A stretch of 64,000 nucleotides of DNA from Candidatus Omnitrophota bacterium. GTDB lineage: Bacteria > Omnitrophota > Gorgyraeia > 2-01-FULL-45-10. The stretch is from assembly GCA_003142795.1 (NCBI GenBank), contig PLNN01000017.1:512-64511 (forward strand). The letters are read 5' to 3'. Position numbers and translations under genes: made by a program. Below the pieces are notes generated by a model, which saw only the letters and a program-made list of their open reading frames with translations, searched no databases and was not told the DNA's origin. This document shows, piece after piece, positions 28,189 through 38,076 of this stretch. How positions within the stretch are numbered: the first letter of the stretch is position 1; every line of letters starts with the position of its first letter.

Positions 28189-29533
28189 GGGCGGAAATTT
28201 CCTTTTTTAAAAACATATGGTTTAGTCCGGCCATAGCGTATATAAATATGATGAAAGAGAAAATATCTCTATGCCTGAATGCTGATCCCATATTGCTCTC
28301 TACCATGGCGAATATCGAGATGCCTATTAAAAAGAACATAATTATAAAAAAGTTATTTTCTTTCGAAATTTTTAATGCTTTCGTAAATCCAACAACAGAA
28401 AGAAATAGCAAAAGATACCAAAGCACTATCTGCGGATACGCCAATATTTGATTAAGGCTGGATAGTCTCCATGGAAATGGCACCAAAATAAAATAGCCTA
28501 TCGCTTTAAAATAAAATATGACCAAGGAACCTAGATCCAGGATACCGGATCTTAATTGAGCAATCGTATGGGAATCGTATGCGAGATACCCGGCGTTGTC
28601 CACTATATACAAACTAATGCTTCTATCAAGCGTAGACTGGAGAAACTTCACTATGGATCCTTTAATATTGTCATGTTCGCACGCCATAAATAGGATTGAT
28701 AAAATAATGACTGCGATCAAAACGACAAGGAACACCGGCTTGTTCTTCGACCTTAGTATCTTAAAAAAATTATATACCGCGAATAACGCTATTATTAGCA
28801 AAAATGCCGCGAACGCGACTATTTGCAGTTTTTTTAAGAGAACCAGTATAAATAATACTGCGATACTTTTCATGATCCGATACCTGTTTTTCCTAAGCGC
28901 CAATAAAAGATAGAATGTCATAACTGTTAAAAAAATTATTATCGGATCCCTGAGATTCCCGATAGACCACCTTACCATCGATGGATAGAAGCTTGCCAAA
29001 GCAAATGACAGCTTAGCCACTTTTGCGGAAAACATATCCTTTGCTATAAGATAAATCACTAATGGCGCCATGCTTCCTATAAGACAATTTATAAGCTTTG
29101 AGCTGAGATAGTTTGGTTCGAATAAGCGAAAGAAGAGCGCCAATATGTATGTAAATGGATTTAACCCATATCCCGGACTATGGGTGTCACAATTCATATT
29201 ATAGGGCAGATGCTGCCATGATAATGCGATCTTGATGGCCTTGAGCGTATAGAGCCTGTCGTCTCCTGAAATGAAACCTTCAAAACCGGCTTTATAAGAT
29301 TGCCAATGCAGTAAATACATAAGCACGATACGCACAAAAAACGAAATGATAAAAACAATTGCTAAAAATTTTGCGTCTTCTTTGCCAAGCATAAAAATCA
29401 CGGATAAAATAATTAAAAATAATGACAATATGAAACTTGTTCCATCTTTAAAGATCAGGCTTGATGCCAGAAAAACGGATATTAGAAAAAATAATATATT
29501 TTTTTCTTTAGCTTCAGGTATCGGTCTTTTCAT
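28172..29533 (-). CDS. Polytopic membrane protein, Wzy-like polymerase or GT-C transferase
   Basis: About 10-12 hydrophobic segments, DD motif in first loop, LRD, NMGSAFRHR; adjacent to wzx. Confidence 0.6.
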   Translation of the reverse strand: MKRPIPEAKEKNILFFLISVFLASSLIFKDGTSFILSLFLIILSVIFMLGKEDAKFLAIVFIISFFVRIVLMYLLHWQSYKAGFEGFISGDDRLYTLKAIKIALSWQHLPYNMNCDTHSPGYGLNPFTYILALFFRLFEPNYLSSKLINCLIGSMAPLVIYLIAKDMFSAKVAKLSFALASFYPSMVRWSIGNLRDPIIIFLTVMTFYLLLALRKNRYRIMKSIAVLFILVLLKKLQIVAFAAFLLIIALFAVYNFFKILRSKNKPVFLVVLIAVIILSILFMACEHDNIKGSIVKFLQSTLDRSISLYIVDNAGYLAYDSHTIAQLRSGILDLGSLVIFYFKAIGYFILVPFPWRLSSLNQILAYPQIVLWYLLLFLSVVGFTKALKISKENNFFIIMFFLIGISIFAMVESNMGSAFRHRDIFSFIIFIYAMAGLNHMFLKKEISAHGKGR

Positions 29534-29539
29534 ATTGGG

Positions 29540-31030
29540 CTACCTTGTGTTACCGCCAAACCGGAATTTCTTCAAAATGATATCAAAAAGCCGGGACTTC
29601 TCCGCGCTCGTTGATAAAAAATAGAGCCACGCCGCTAATAACGCTGTCTTTAGACCGACCATAAAAAAGCCGTCTTTACCAAAAAACAGGATAATTACGC
29701 AAAGGCCTGCCGCAGAGACCAATAATTTTACGTTCTGCATAGTGATCTTCAACCCCATCCATCTTATATGATAATAGACCACTGCTGAAAATGACAACAG
29801 ATTAGCGATAAAGTATGCCGTGGTTACGGCCTTAAGGCCTAATATATTGTGAAGAGACAGGAATAATGCGATAAAGCTTATCGAGGAGAATATCCCGAGG
29901 CCCAGATAGGCTCTCAACCTCGCGCTCGCCAGGAGCGACACGCCCATGACATAAAAAAGCAGGAAGAAGACGTCTCCGAACAATTGGGTCGAGAACAGTT
30001 CCCGGGAATATATGAACTTCCCGGAAAATACAAGTTTTATGATCATATCCTTTGCGAAAAATATCACGGCTATCATAGGCACTACTCCGAAAGTGCAAAA
30101 CCGCAGGGTGCTATTAACCTCGAATGAATAATCATTTCTGTCCTGGATAATGCTCAGCTTGGCGTATGAATAAGACCAGAGGCCGTTGGTAAAAAAAGCT
30201 ATATGGTACGCGGACAAAGAAAAAACTACCTGATAGTAACCGCTCGCGTCGGCGCCGTAATATTTTATAAGGAGGGACCTCAGAAGCACGATGCTGCCCA
30301 TGCTTAACACTCCCGTAACGAACATTACGCCGCCATAGGATAAAAGGCCTCTGCCGGACTGCACCAAGTTCTCTTTGCTGAGAGCGGATTTATCCATGAC
30401 AAATACGGAATTAAAAATATCTTTCGGCACATTTTTATAAAATAGATAATAGTATACGAGAAAAGTTATCACCCCGTTCAGCGCAAGATATATGAAGCCG
30501 CCTTTGACGCCCATCGCGGCAATGAAAATAAAAAGCGGTATGAGCGACAAAATGCTCGAAAGGCTGCGGCCTTTCGCGAATGCTTTGTAATTTCCAAAAC
30601 CCAGCAGGGCCGCTTCGATCGCGCCCCCCAGCACAAAGAATAGGACCCCGAACGATAAAATAATAAGCAAATTTTTATATTCACTGCTCGAGAAAAGGAA
30701 TTTGGATAATCTCCCGGCAAAAATAAAAGTTAATATAATAAACGCGACCGAGGCGATGATCTGCATGATGGAAGCGCTCGATATTACACCTTTTATCTTC
30801 AGCTGGTCATTTTGCGCGTTGTGCTGAGCAACATGTTTCGCTATCCCCAGCCCGATATTCAAAGATGCTATGTTAATGGCAAGCTGCTGAAAATTAAAAG
30901 CCTGAGAAAAGATACCCACACCGGCAGGCCCCAACGTTACGGCGGTGAACTTAGCCCTTATCAAGCCCGTGATTATGGTAGCTATCGTCGCTATTGAGAC
31001 TATTGCCGTTGCTTTTAATAATTTAAGCAT
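29540..31030 (-). CDS. wzx: Wzx-type O-unit flippase (MOP superfamily)
   Basis: About 13 TM segments, K...AVTLGPAGVG N-terminal motif, QLFGDVF. Confidence 0.8.
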   Translation of the reverse strand: MLKLLKATAIVSIATIATIITGLIRAKFTAVTLGPAGVGIFSQAFNFQQLAINIASLNIGLGIAKHVAQHNAQNDQLKIKGVISSASIMQIIASVAFIILTFIFAGRLSKFLFSSSEYKNLLIILSFGVLFFVLGGAIEAALLGFGNYKAFAKGRSLSSILSLIPLFIFIAAMGVKGGFIYLALNGVITFLVYYYLFYKNVPKDIFNSVFVMDKSALSKENLVQSGRGLLSYGGVMFVTGVLSMGSIVLLRSLLIKYYGADASGYYQVVFSLSAYHIAFFTNGLWSYSYAKLSIIQDRNDYSFEVNSTLRFCTFGVVPMIAVIFFAKDMIIKLVFSGKFIYSRELFSTQLFGDVFFLLFYVMGVSLLASARLRAYLGLGIFSSISFIALFLSLHNILGLKAVTTAYFIANLLSFSAVVYYHIRWMGLKITMQNVKLLVSAAGLCVIILFFGKDGFFMVGLKTALLAAWLYFLSTSAEKSRLFDIILKKFRFGGNTR

Positions 31031-31034
31031 GGGT

Positions 31035-31460
31035 TTATTTTTTCTTATTTACACGATCGATAAAATCCCGATAATTTCTTATATAGTCGAACTCTTTATA
31101 AAAATCGGACGCTAAAACGAGTATGACGCAATCCGGAGAAAAATTATGCATCGTATGCCAGACATTGCTGCCCATATACACGCCCATGTGGGGCTTTGCC
31201 AGCAGCACCCTTTCCCTTCTAACCCCGTCGTCCAGCTGAAGCTCGAACGAACCGTTAATACAGAACAAGACCTGCTTCAGTCTCTTATGCGCGTGCTTTC
31301 CTCTCACGGCCTTCCTGGACTTCAGATTATTTATGAAATAAACTCTTTTGATCTGGAACGGCACCTGTTTCGCGCTCTCGGCTATCACCAGGTTCCCATC
31401 TATCCCGTCATCAAAGAATTTCAATTTGATGATCCTGCAGTTCCTGACTTTCATATCCAT
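31035..31460 (-). CDS. dTDP-4-keto-6-deoxyglucose 3,4-ketoisomerase (FdtA/QdtA cupin)
   Basis: GNLVIAE, VPFQIKRVY, RGKHAHK, WHTM, VLASD, DYIRNY. Confidence 0.9.
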   Translation of the reverse strand: MDMKVRNCRIIKLKFFDDGIDGNLVIAESAKQVPFQIKRVYFINNLKSRKAVRGKHAHKRLKQVLFCINGSFELQLDDGVRRERVLLAKPHMGVYMGSNVWHTMHNFSPDCVILVLASDFYKEFDYIRNYRDFIDRVNKKK

Positions 31461-32605
31461 TATCCTTTTAATAGTTCAGCGTATATAGACTCGATCTTTT
31501 CGACTTGCGCGCCGACATCGAACTCTTTTTTGACATATGCGCTTGCGCGGGAGCCGATCTCATCCCAAAGCGCAGGCCTCTCATAAAGATACAGCATCTT
31601 TTCGTATACTGACGAAGGATCCGGATCACAATATACGCCGGTTTTGCCGTCGATTATAGAGCGCTCTGCCCCGGGGAATCGCGTAGCGATAACCGGCAAT
31701 CCTGCAGCCTGAGCCGCTATCAGCGTCAGGGCGGGCCCGCCTTCATCGTCCCCGTTCTTTGCCGCGATGGAAGGCAGCACGAATATATGGCTTTTCGTGA
31801 GATGGTCCTTATAAATAGCAGAAAAGTCCGGAGCTGTATCGGTCGGAACAATGATTACCTTATCCATCAGTCCAAGGTTCTGGCATAATTTTATAACTTC
31901 ATTCCTGCCGTTGCCATACCCTATTATCGTCAACCTGATATCGCCATGTTCTTTTGCCAATCTCGCGAAGGCATTCAATAATAACGGATATCCTTTCTTT
32001 TCCACAAAGCGCGCTGCTATTATAAAGTTAACCGGGCCCGCCGCGGGCCTTTTAGAATAGGTGTAAAATCCCACATCTTCGAGACAATTCCAGATACGCA
32101 CCTTATCCTCTTTGCAGCCGAGCGAGACGAGCCTGTTCTTCACTTCGTCGCAAAGCACTATCATCCTATCGGCAATATCGAACAATTTTTTAAATCGCGG
32201 GATCCATTGATTGCTCTTTAAGCAAAAGCTGCCGTCAACGCCGTATAGAGTAACGACAAGCGGAAGCTTTAATTGTCTTGCCAAATCCATCACACTGCAG
32301 CCTGCCATGCCGAAGTGGGCATGGATAAGGGACGAGCCTTCCTCTCTCAACATTTTTTTGTAAAATGACTCTATCAATTTCCGGTAAATGGGAGTTTCGG
32401 AAATGACGTTATCCAGCTTATGGAATATGTCGCCCTTAGGTACTTTGTAAAAATAACGGGTCCGCGGAAAAAGCTCCCTGGAGTTCGGGACATAACGTTC
32501 CGCCAGAAGGACGGAACCATACCGGCCCTTTTTCAGCAATTCGTTATGAAGGTCTAACAGCACTCCGGGCGAATATCTGCAATAAGTATGGGCTATCGTC
32601 TTCAT
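31460..32605 (-). CDS. Glycosyltransferase family 4 (WcaL-like)
   Basis: IHAHFG, ARFVEKKG, PSIAAKNGDDEGG...AQAAGLPVIAT; start at 32605 gives an ATGA overlap. Confidence 0.88.
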   Translation of the reverse strand: MKTIAHTYCRYSPGVLLDLHNELLKKGRYGSVLLAERYVPNSRELFPRTRYFYKVPKGDIFHKLDNVISETPIYRKLIESFYKKMLREEGSSLIHAHFGMAGCSVMDLARQLKLPLVVTLYGVDGSFCLKSNQWIPRFKKLFDIADRMIVLCDEVKNRLVSLGCKEDKVRIWNCLEDVGFYTYSKRPAAGPVNFIIAARFVEKKGYPLLLNAFARLAKEHGDIRLTIIGYGNGRNEVIKLCQNLGLMDKVIIVPTDTAPDFSAIYKDHLTKSHIFVLPSIAAKNGDDEGGPALTLIAAQAAGLPVIATRFPGAERSIIDGKTGVYCDPDPSSVYEKMLYLYERPALWDEIGSRASAYVKKEFDVGAQVEKIESIYAELLKG

Positions 32606-33540
32606 ATTTTTTGAACGATCATGCATAGATTGCTGCCAAGATATTTAAAAGGGTACTTCGCGCCTACCCGGCTATTCCAGGCAACGGTCTTTTCATATAC
32701 CTTAAACGGTAATGCCGGGTTGATCAGGCTAAGCAATTGCCAGGGAATGACTATGGTGCTGAATACCTTCTTTATCCTGAAACCGCTGCCGGTGAAGAGC
32801 CCCAGCCATTTCCCGGGCAGATAGCCCGCAAATTCATGCCCTAAAGTCTTATACGCGCCGTGCGGTTCCGGGAACGGAAAGTTCGGATGCAACGTAAGGA
32901 ATTCTTTTACTGACGAGCTGCCTGCCTTGGACGATGCGCCTCCGTCCCGGGCAGCCGGCGCATCAGGCTTCCTGAAAGGCGCTATTAAGAACCGGCCTAT
33001 CGCCCTCGCCAGCATGTCGCGATAATACACCAACGGATAAAATATCCTGTCTAAAAAACTGGGCACGACTATTATGGCCAGGCCTCCTTTTTTCAGGACC
33101 CTGTTCATTTCCTGAGCCGTCTTCTTCCTGTCCGGTATGTGCTCCAGCGTATTCAGCGAAAAGACGACATCAAAGGTGCCATCCTTAAAAGGAAGTTCTT
33201 CTCCCGAGCAGGATAATATGGAACAATTCGTTATATCCAGAGATTCTAGGAGCTTCTTCGAGTCGAGAAGCGCCTGGGTATGAGTCTTAAAATCTTGTTT
33301 AAAAAGGTCTGTTGCGATGATACGTCTGAATTTATATGATAAAAGGCATGAATTAAAACCGTTGCTGCATCCTATTTCAAGCGCCAGGCCCTGACGCGGT
33401 ATATCAAAAACGGAGAGGATCGCCTCCGCCTCCTTCGCGCGTAAACTGAAATAATTCTCCCATGGTTGAAGATCGGACGCTAAGGAAATGGCTTTTTTTC
33501 TTATATCTTCTATCGGTAAATAAGCGTCTTTTTGCGTCAT
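32602..33540 (-). CDS. Class I SAM-dependent methyltransferase
   Basis: ALEIGCSNG, LPFKDGTFDVV, LEHI, RVLKKGG. Confidence 0.88.
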   Translation of the reverse strand: MTQKDAYLPIEDIRKKAISLASDLQPWENYFSLRAKEAEAILSVFDIPRQGLALEIGCSNGFNSCLLSYKFRRIIATDLFKQDFKTHTQALLDSKKLLESLDITNCSILSCSGEELPFKDGTFDVVFSLNTLEHIPDRKKTAQEMNRVLKKGGLAIIVVPSFLDRIFYPLVYYRDMLARAIGRFLIAPFRKPDAPAARDGGASSKAGSSSVKEFLTLHPNFPFPEPHGAYKTLGHEFAGYLPGKWLGLFTGSGFRIKKVFSTIVIPWQLLSLINPALPFKVYEKTVAWNSRVGAKYPFKYLGSNLCMIVQKI

Positions 33541-33547
33541 AGGGAAT

Positions 33548-34654
33548 TTACTTCCCGTAAAACTCTCTGATCTTTTCTACTATATAGTTCATCTCTTTTT
33601 TATTAAGCTCCGGATATACCGGAATGGCGCATGTTTCAAGAGAGGCCTTTTCGGATTCTGAGAGATCGCCTTTTTTATACTTCAGCGATCTATAACATTC
33701 CTGGAGATGTAATGGAACAGGGTAATACGTTCTTGTCTCGATCCCGCTCTTGATCAAAAAGCTCATAAATGCCTCCAGGTTAGCATTAGGCCTTATGACG
33801 TACTGATGGTAAGTGTGAACATTATAGGACGGGACGTACGGCACGGTTATCGGCAAACCTTTCAGGTGGTCATTGTAAAACCTGGCCTTCTCTCTTCTTG
33901 CTTCAAGCCAGGAATCGATATGTTTGAGCTTGACCCTCAGCACCGCAGCCTGGATATTATCGAGCCTGGAATTTATCCCGATCATTAAGTGCAGATAGCC
34001 TCCCCGGCTTCCGTGAACACGGAGGATCTTCAGTGTTTCGAATAACTGCTTATCGTTTGTAACGACCATGCCGGCATCGCCGTAAGCGCCTAAATTCTTG
34101 CTTGGATAGAAACTTAAGCCACCCAGATCTCCCATCGATCCGGATTTTTTTCCTTTGTAAGCAGCGCCGATCGATTGAGCGCAATCTTCAACTATCTTAA
34201 GGTTGTGCTTCTTGGCAATAGCGATGATCGGGTCCATATCACAGCACTGTCCATAAAGGTGGACAGGTATGATCGCCTTTGTCCGCTTTGTTATCTTGGA
34301 GGCTATGAGCGCCGGGTCTATAGTATAGGTTTTGGGATCTATATCTACAAAAACAGGCGTTGCTCCTACTAAAGAGACGGCCTCCGCGCTTGCAAAAAAA
34401 GTGAACGGCGTGGTGATAACCTCATCTCCGGGCTTTATGCCCAGGGCCATCAATGATACTACTAACGCATCAGTGCCGGAAGCTACGCCGACCGCGTATT
34501 TAGTATTGCAATATTGAGCTATCTCTTCTTCCAATAGCTGCAGTTCTTTGCCAAGAACGAATTCCTGGCTGTCGATTATCTTCTTTATCGCCTTATTAAC
34601 ATCGGACCTGATTACCTTATATTGCCCTTTTAGATCTAAAATATTTACTTTCAT
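33548..34654 (-). CDS. DegT/DnrJ-family sugar aminotransferase (FdtB/QdtB/WbpE-like C3 transaminase)
   Basis: [39 protein letters not shown]. Confidence 0.9.
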   Translation of the reverse strand: MKVNILDLKGQYKVIRSDVNKAIKKIIDSQEFVLGKELQLLEEEIAQYCNTKYAVGVASGTDALVVSLMALGIKPGDEVITTPFTFFASAEAVSLVGATPVFVDIDPKTYTIDPALIASKITKRTKAIIPVHLYGQCCDMDPIIAIAKKHNLKIVEDCAQSIGAAYKGKKSGSMGDLGGLSFYPSKNLGAYGDAGMVVTNDKQLFETLKILRVHGSRGGYLHLMIGINSRLDNIQAAVLRVKLKHIDSWLEARREKARFYNDHLKGLPITVPYVPSYNVHTYHQYVIRPNANLEAFMSFLIKSGIETRTYYPVPLHLQECYRSLKYKKGDLSESEKASLETCAIPVYPELNKKEMNYIVEKIREFYGK

Positions 34655-34738
34655 TTATCTCCTTTCTGAGAAATCCACATCATAGTCACAAAAGAATTAT
34701 ATGCTGACGGCTAAATTCTAAAACCCTGCATATTCGAC

Positions 34739-35023
34739 CTACCAATGATACCCGCAAGTGCCCTTCACTCCGATCCTCACCAGATCAAATTCGTCTCTGG
34801 GAAAATCGAAACAGCATAAATAATTCCCCTTTTCATCTTTTTTTCTATAAATATCGCATCCATTTTTTGTTAAATGCTTACAGTCCCCGCAGCATATGCA
34901 GCATTTTTTGCACATCCCTTTTCTAAGGGAGATCGCCTTCTCGTAGTGTTTCGGATTTATTATTAATAAGGTTTTAGCTCTTACCTTTGCTATAAAGCGC
35001 GGAATCTTCATCTTTCCCCTCAT
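34739..35023 (-). CDS. Small cysteine-rich protein (YkgJ/FliB-like Fe-S or Zn cluster)
   Basis: 94 aa with CKKCCICC, C..L, CDIY, CC..FP, CGY; has its own upstream promoter. Confidence 0.6.
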   Translation of the reverse strand: MRGKMKIPRFIAKVRAKTLLIINPKHYEKAISLRKGMCKKCCICCGDCKHLTKNGCDIYRKKDEKGNYLCCFDFPRDEFDLVRIGVKGTCGYHW

Positions 35024-35071
35024 TGCCAGGTATTTAAATTTGAAGACAAATTAGAGATCCTTAAGCTTGTA

Positions 35072-35100
35072 ATATTAACATAACTAAATTCATGCGTCAA
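35072..35100 (-). promoter_or_regulatory. Sigma70-type promoter, leftward
   Basis: Minus strand TTGACG-N17-TAATAT with TGn extension. Confidence 0.6.
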
Positions 35101-35183
35101 TTAAAAAAATATGTCATTTTTTTATTATTCCTAAGTATTTATAAATAATATACTTACGTAATAATACTAAGCTAAGGCTATAG

Positions 35184-35205
35184 CGTTTACTTTATTTTAA
35201 ACGAT
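35184..35205. promoter_or_regulatory. Second copy of the CGTTTA-N8-TAAACGAT operator-like motif
   Basis: CGTTTActttatttTAAACGAT has the same arms and spacing as 24143-24164 and lies between divergent promoters. Confidence 0.55.
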
Positions 35206-35284
35206 TAAAACACGCCAATCCCTATTTTCCAAAAAATCCATTAAACACCGCCGAAACACCACCGACCGATGCAAAAAACTTTTG

Positions 35285-35314
35285 TTGACGGCTTACAACA
35301 AGAAGTTGTATAAT
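35285..35314 (+). promoter_or_regulatory. Sigma70-type promoter for the rfbF cassette
   Basis: TTGACG-N18-TATAAT, followed by a GGAGG RBS before ATG 35343. Confidence 0.7.
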
Positions 35315-35342
35315 TTAAAGCATTATTAAACCCGGAGGTTCT

Positions 35343-36125
35343 ATGAAAGTAGTGATCCTGTGCGGAGGTTTGGGAACAAGATTGCGCGAGGAAACAGAAT
35401 TCATCCCGAAGCCTATGATGGAGATAGGCGGCAAGCCGATACTCTGGCATATAATGAAGATTTATGCTCATTACGGATACAAAGAATTCATACTGTGCCT
35501 CGGCTATAAAGGTGAGATGATAAAAGATTATTTCTTGAATTACGAGGCCATGAATAACGATTTTACTATCCGGTTGGGGAGCCCCAGTAAAATAAATTTC
35601 AACAGCAACCACGCCGAAGACGGCTGGAAAGTAACGTTGGCGAATACCGGCGAGAAGGCCATGACGGGCTCAAGGATAAAGCAGGTAGAAAAATATATTA
35701 CCGAAGACGAATTTATGGTAACCTACGGTGACGGCCTTGCCGATATCGACCTGACCCGGCTTTTAAAACTTCATCGAAAACAAAAAAAGATCGGCACTCT
35801 CACCGGGGTACGGCCTCTTTCCCGTTTTGGAGAGGTGATCGAGGATCGCGGGATCGTAAAAGATTTTATCGAGAAACCCCAGGCATCTGAGGGTTATATC
35901 AATGGCGGTTTTTTTGTCTTTAACAGAAAATTTTTCGATTATCTGTCAAAAGAACATGATTGCGTATTGGAAAGGCAGCCCCTGGAGCAATTAACCGGAG
36001 AGAGGCAGCTATCCATATATCCCCACAAAGATTTTTGGCAGTGCATGGATACCTACCGCGATTACAGATATCTAAAAGATATGTGGGAAGCCGGCAACGC
36101 CCCTTGGAAAATTTGGAAAAGATAA
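35343..36125 (+). CDS. rfbF: Glucose-1-phosphate cytidylyltransferase
   Basis: ILCGGLGTRLREETE..PKPM, TYGDG, INGGFFV, FWQCMDT. Confidence 0.95.
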   Translation: MKVVILCGGLGTRLREETEFIPKPMMEIGGKPILWHIMKIYAHYGYKEFILCLGYKGEMIKDYFLNYEAMNNDFTIRLGSPSKINFNSNHAEDGWKVTLANTGEKAMTGSRIKQVEKYITEDEFMVTYGDGLADIDLTRLLKLHRKQKKIGTLTGVRPLSRFGEVIEDRGIVKDFIEKPQASEGYINGGFFVFNRKFFDYLSKEHDCVLERQPLEQLTGERQLSIYPHKDFWQCMDTYRDYRYLKDMWEAGNAPWKIWKR

Positions 36126-37105
36126 ATTATAAAAAATTCTGGGCAAATAAAACAGTCCTGGTAACCGGCCACGAAGGTTTCCTTGGCTCCTGCTTGTCAA
36201 AAACCCTCATAGATAGCGGTGCCAGGGTAATAGGCCTGGACAAGGTAAATAACAGGCCCGGCTCCATATTGAACAAAGACCTTAGAAAAAATATCGTGTG
36301 CATCCGCGGAAACGTCGCCAACCTTAAACTGATCAAAAAGCTATTCGATAAATACACGCCCGATATCGTCTTTCATCTGGCAGCCGAAGCCATAGTCAGC
36401 CGCGCGAATAATAAGCCCATCAGGACTTTTAAATCGAATATACAGGGCACGTGGAATATCCTGGAGGGCGCCAGAAATAAGAAATTTATCGGGGCTATTA
36501 TAGTGGCGTCGAGCGATAAAGCTTACGGCTCCCATGACGATCTTCCCTACCGCGAAGATTCCACCCCTCTCAAAGGGAGCCACCCTTATGACGTTTCTAA
36601 AAGTTGCGCGGATCTGATATGCCACACGTATCATAACACTTTTAATGTCCCGGTATGCGTTACCCGTTGCGGGAATATATACGGGCCGGGCGATCATAAT
36701 TTTTCAAGGCTGGTCCCCGACGCAATAAGGTCTGCTCTAAAAAATAGATCTCTCTCCATCCGAAGCGACGGTAAATTCACGCGGGATTACATATATGTAG
36801 GGGATGTCGTATCCGGATACCTGGCGTTAGCGGCAAAGATGAATAATAAGAAGGTGCACGGCGAGGCTTTTAATTTCAGCAACGAAAAGCCCGTTTCAGT
36901 GCTGGAAATAGTAAAACTGATATATAAGCTGTCCGGGAAACAGCCAAACTATAAGATATTAAACCTGGCAAAGCATGAAATAAAAGACCAATATCTTTCG
37001 GCAAAAAAAGCCAGGCGCTCTCTAGGATGGAAGCCTCTCTACGCGCTTGAAGAAGGATTGAAAGAAACGATCGATTATTATAAAAAGCGCTTTTTAAATA
37101 AATGA
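36104..37105 (+). CDS. rfbG: CDP-glucose 4,6-dehydratase-like SDR
   Basis: FWANKTVLVTGHEGFLG, ASSDKAY, YDVSK, RCGNIYGPGD; start probably TTG 36104 or 36113. Confidence 0.75.
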   Translation: MENLEKINYKKFWANKTVLVTGHEGFLGSCLSKTLIDSGARVIGLDKVNNRPGSILNKDLRKNIVCIRGNVANLKLIKKLFDKYTPDIVFHLAAEAIVSRANNKPIRTFKSNIQGTWNILEGARNKKFIGAIIVASSDKAYGSHDDLPYREDSTPLKGSHPYDVSKSCADLICHTYHNTFNVPVCVTRCGNIYGPGDHNFSRLVPDAIRSALKNRSLSIRSDGKFTRDYIYVGDVVSGYLALAAKMNNKKVHGEAFNFSNEKPVSVLEIVKLIYKLSGKQPNYKILNLAKHEIKDQYLSAKKARRSLGWKPLYALEEGLKETIDYYKKRFLNK

Positions 37106-38076
37106 AATCCTCTAATAAAAAGATCCTGGTCACCGGAGCAACGGGATTTGTAGGGGCGAATATCGCGCGGCATTTCGTCTCGCGCGGAGCCGACGTCGCC
37201 ATTTTTACAAGACATGGCTCCGATAAATGGCGAATAAACGATATTTTAAAGAAGATATCGGATTATCCTGTGGACTTGCTGGATGAGCGCTCGGTGCAAA
37301 AAACTGTGGCGCATATCAAGCCGGCAATAATATTGCATGCCGCCACTTACGGCGGTTATCAGCACCAGAAAGATACGAGAAAAATATTCGATGTAAATTT
37401 CACGGGGACCGTTAACCTGCTTAAGGCCTGCAAAGAAACCGGGTTCGAACTTTTTGTTCACACCGGATCTTCTTCCGAATACGGATTAAAGACAAAACCC
37501 ATTAAAGAGGATAGCTCACTCAAACCCGTTACCGATTACGGCGTCTCCAAGGCCGCCGCAAGTCTATATTGCCAGTCGTGCGCCTTAAGGGATCGCCTGC
37601 CGATCGCAATTCTAAGGTTGTTCTCGCCATACGGGTATTTTGACGATGCATCCCGTCTCATCCCGTATCTGATCGGGGAATGCCTGGCCGACAGAGGCCC
37701 CCGGCTTTCATCTCCTTTCGCGGTGAGAGATTTTATTTTTATAGATGACGTGCTGAATGCATATGTCAAGGTGATCGAGAATAAAAATATTTCCGCCGGC
37801 CATATATTCAACATAGGGTACGGCAAACAAAATCCGGTCGGATACGTGGCCGGGGAAGTGGCGCGGCTGACAGGAAGTCCGGAGGCATCCGTCCGCGCCG
37901 GTAAAATAAATCCAAGGCTGGAACCGGCAATGTGGCAGGCGGATATAGACAAAGCGCGAAAAATGCTCGGCTGGAGGCCGAAAACCGGCATTTCGAAAGG
38001 CTTGCAGAAAACTATCGAATGGTTCAAAACAAACAAAAAACTGTATAAAAACAGGATGACGCAAGATGTCTGTTAA
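37102..38076 (+). CDS. NAD-dependent epimerase/reductase (extended SDR; YerF-like by context)
   Basis: GATGFVG, GSSSEYG, YGVSK, RDFIFIDD. Confidence 0.8.
   Translation: MKSSNKKILVTGATGFVGANIARHFVSRGADVAIFTRHGSDKWRINDILKKISDYPVDLLDERSVQKTVAHIKPAIILHAATYGGYQHQKDTRKIFDVNFTGTVNLLKACKETGFELFVHTGSSSEYGLKTKPIKEDSSLKPVTDYGVSKAAASLYCQSCALRDRLPIAILRLFSPYGYFDDASRLIPYLIGECLADRGPRLSSPFAVRDFIFIDDVLNAYVKVIENKNISAGHIFNIGYGKQNPVGYVAGEVARLTGSPEASVRAGKINPRLEPAMWQADIDKARKMLGWRPKTGISKGLQKTIEWFKTNKKLYKNRMTQDVC

Noticed and set aside
35241-35612. 123-aa minus-strand ORF
   Set aside because: Antisense to the well-supported rfbF and its promoter; no motifs.
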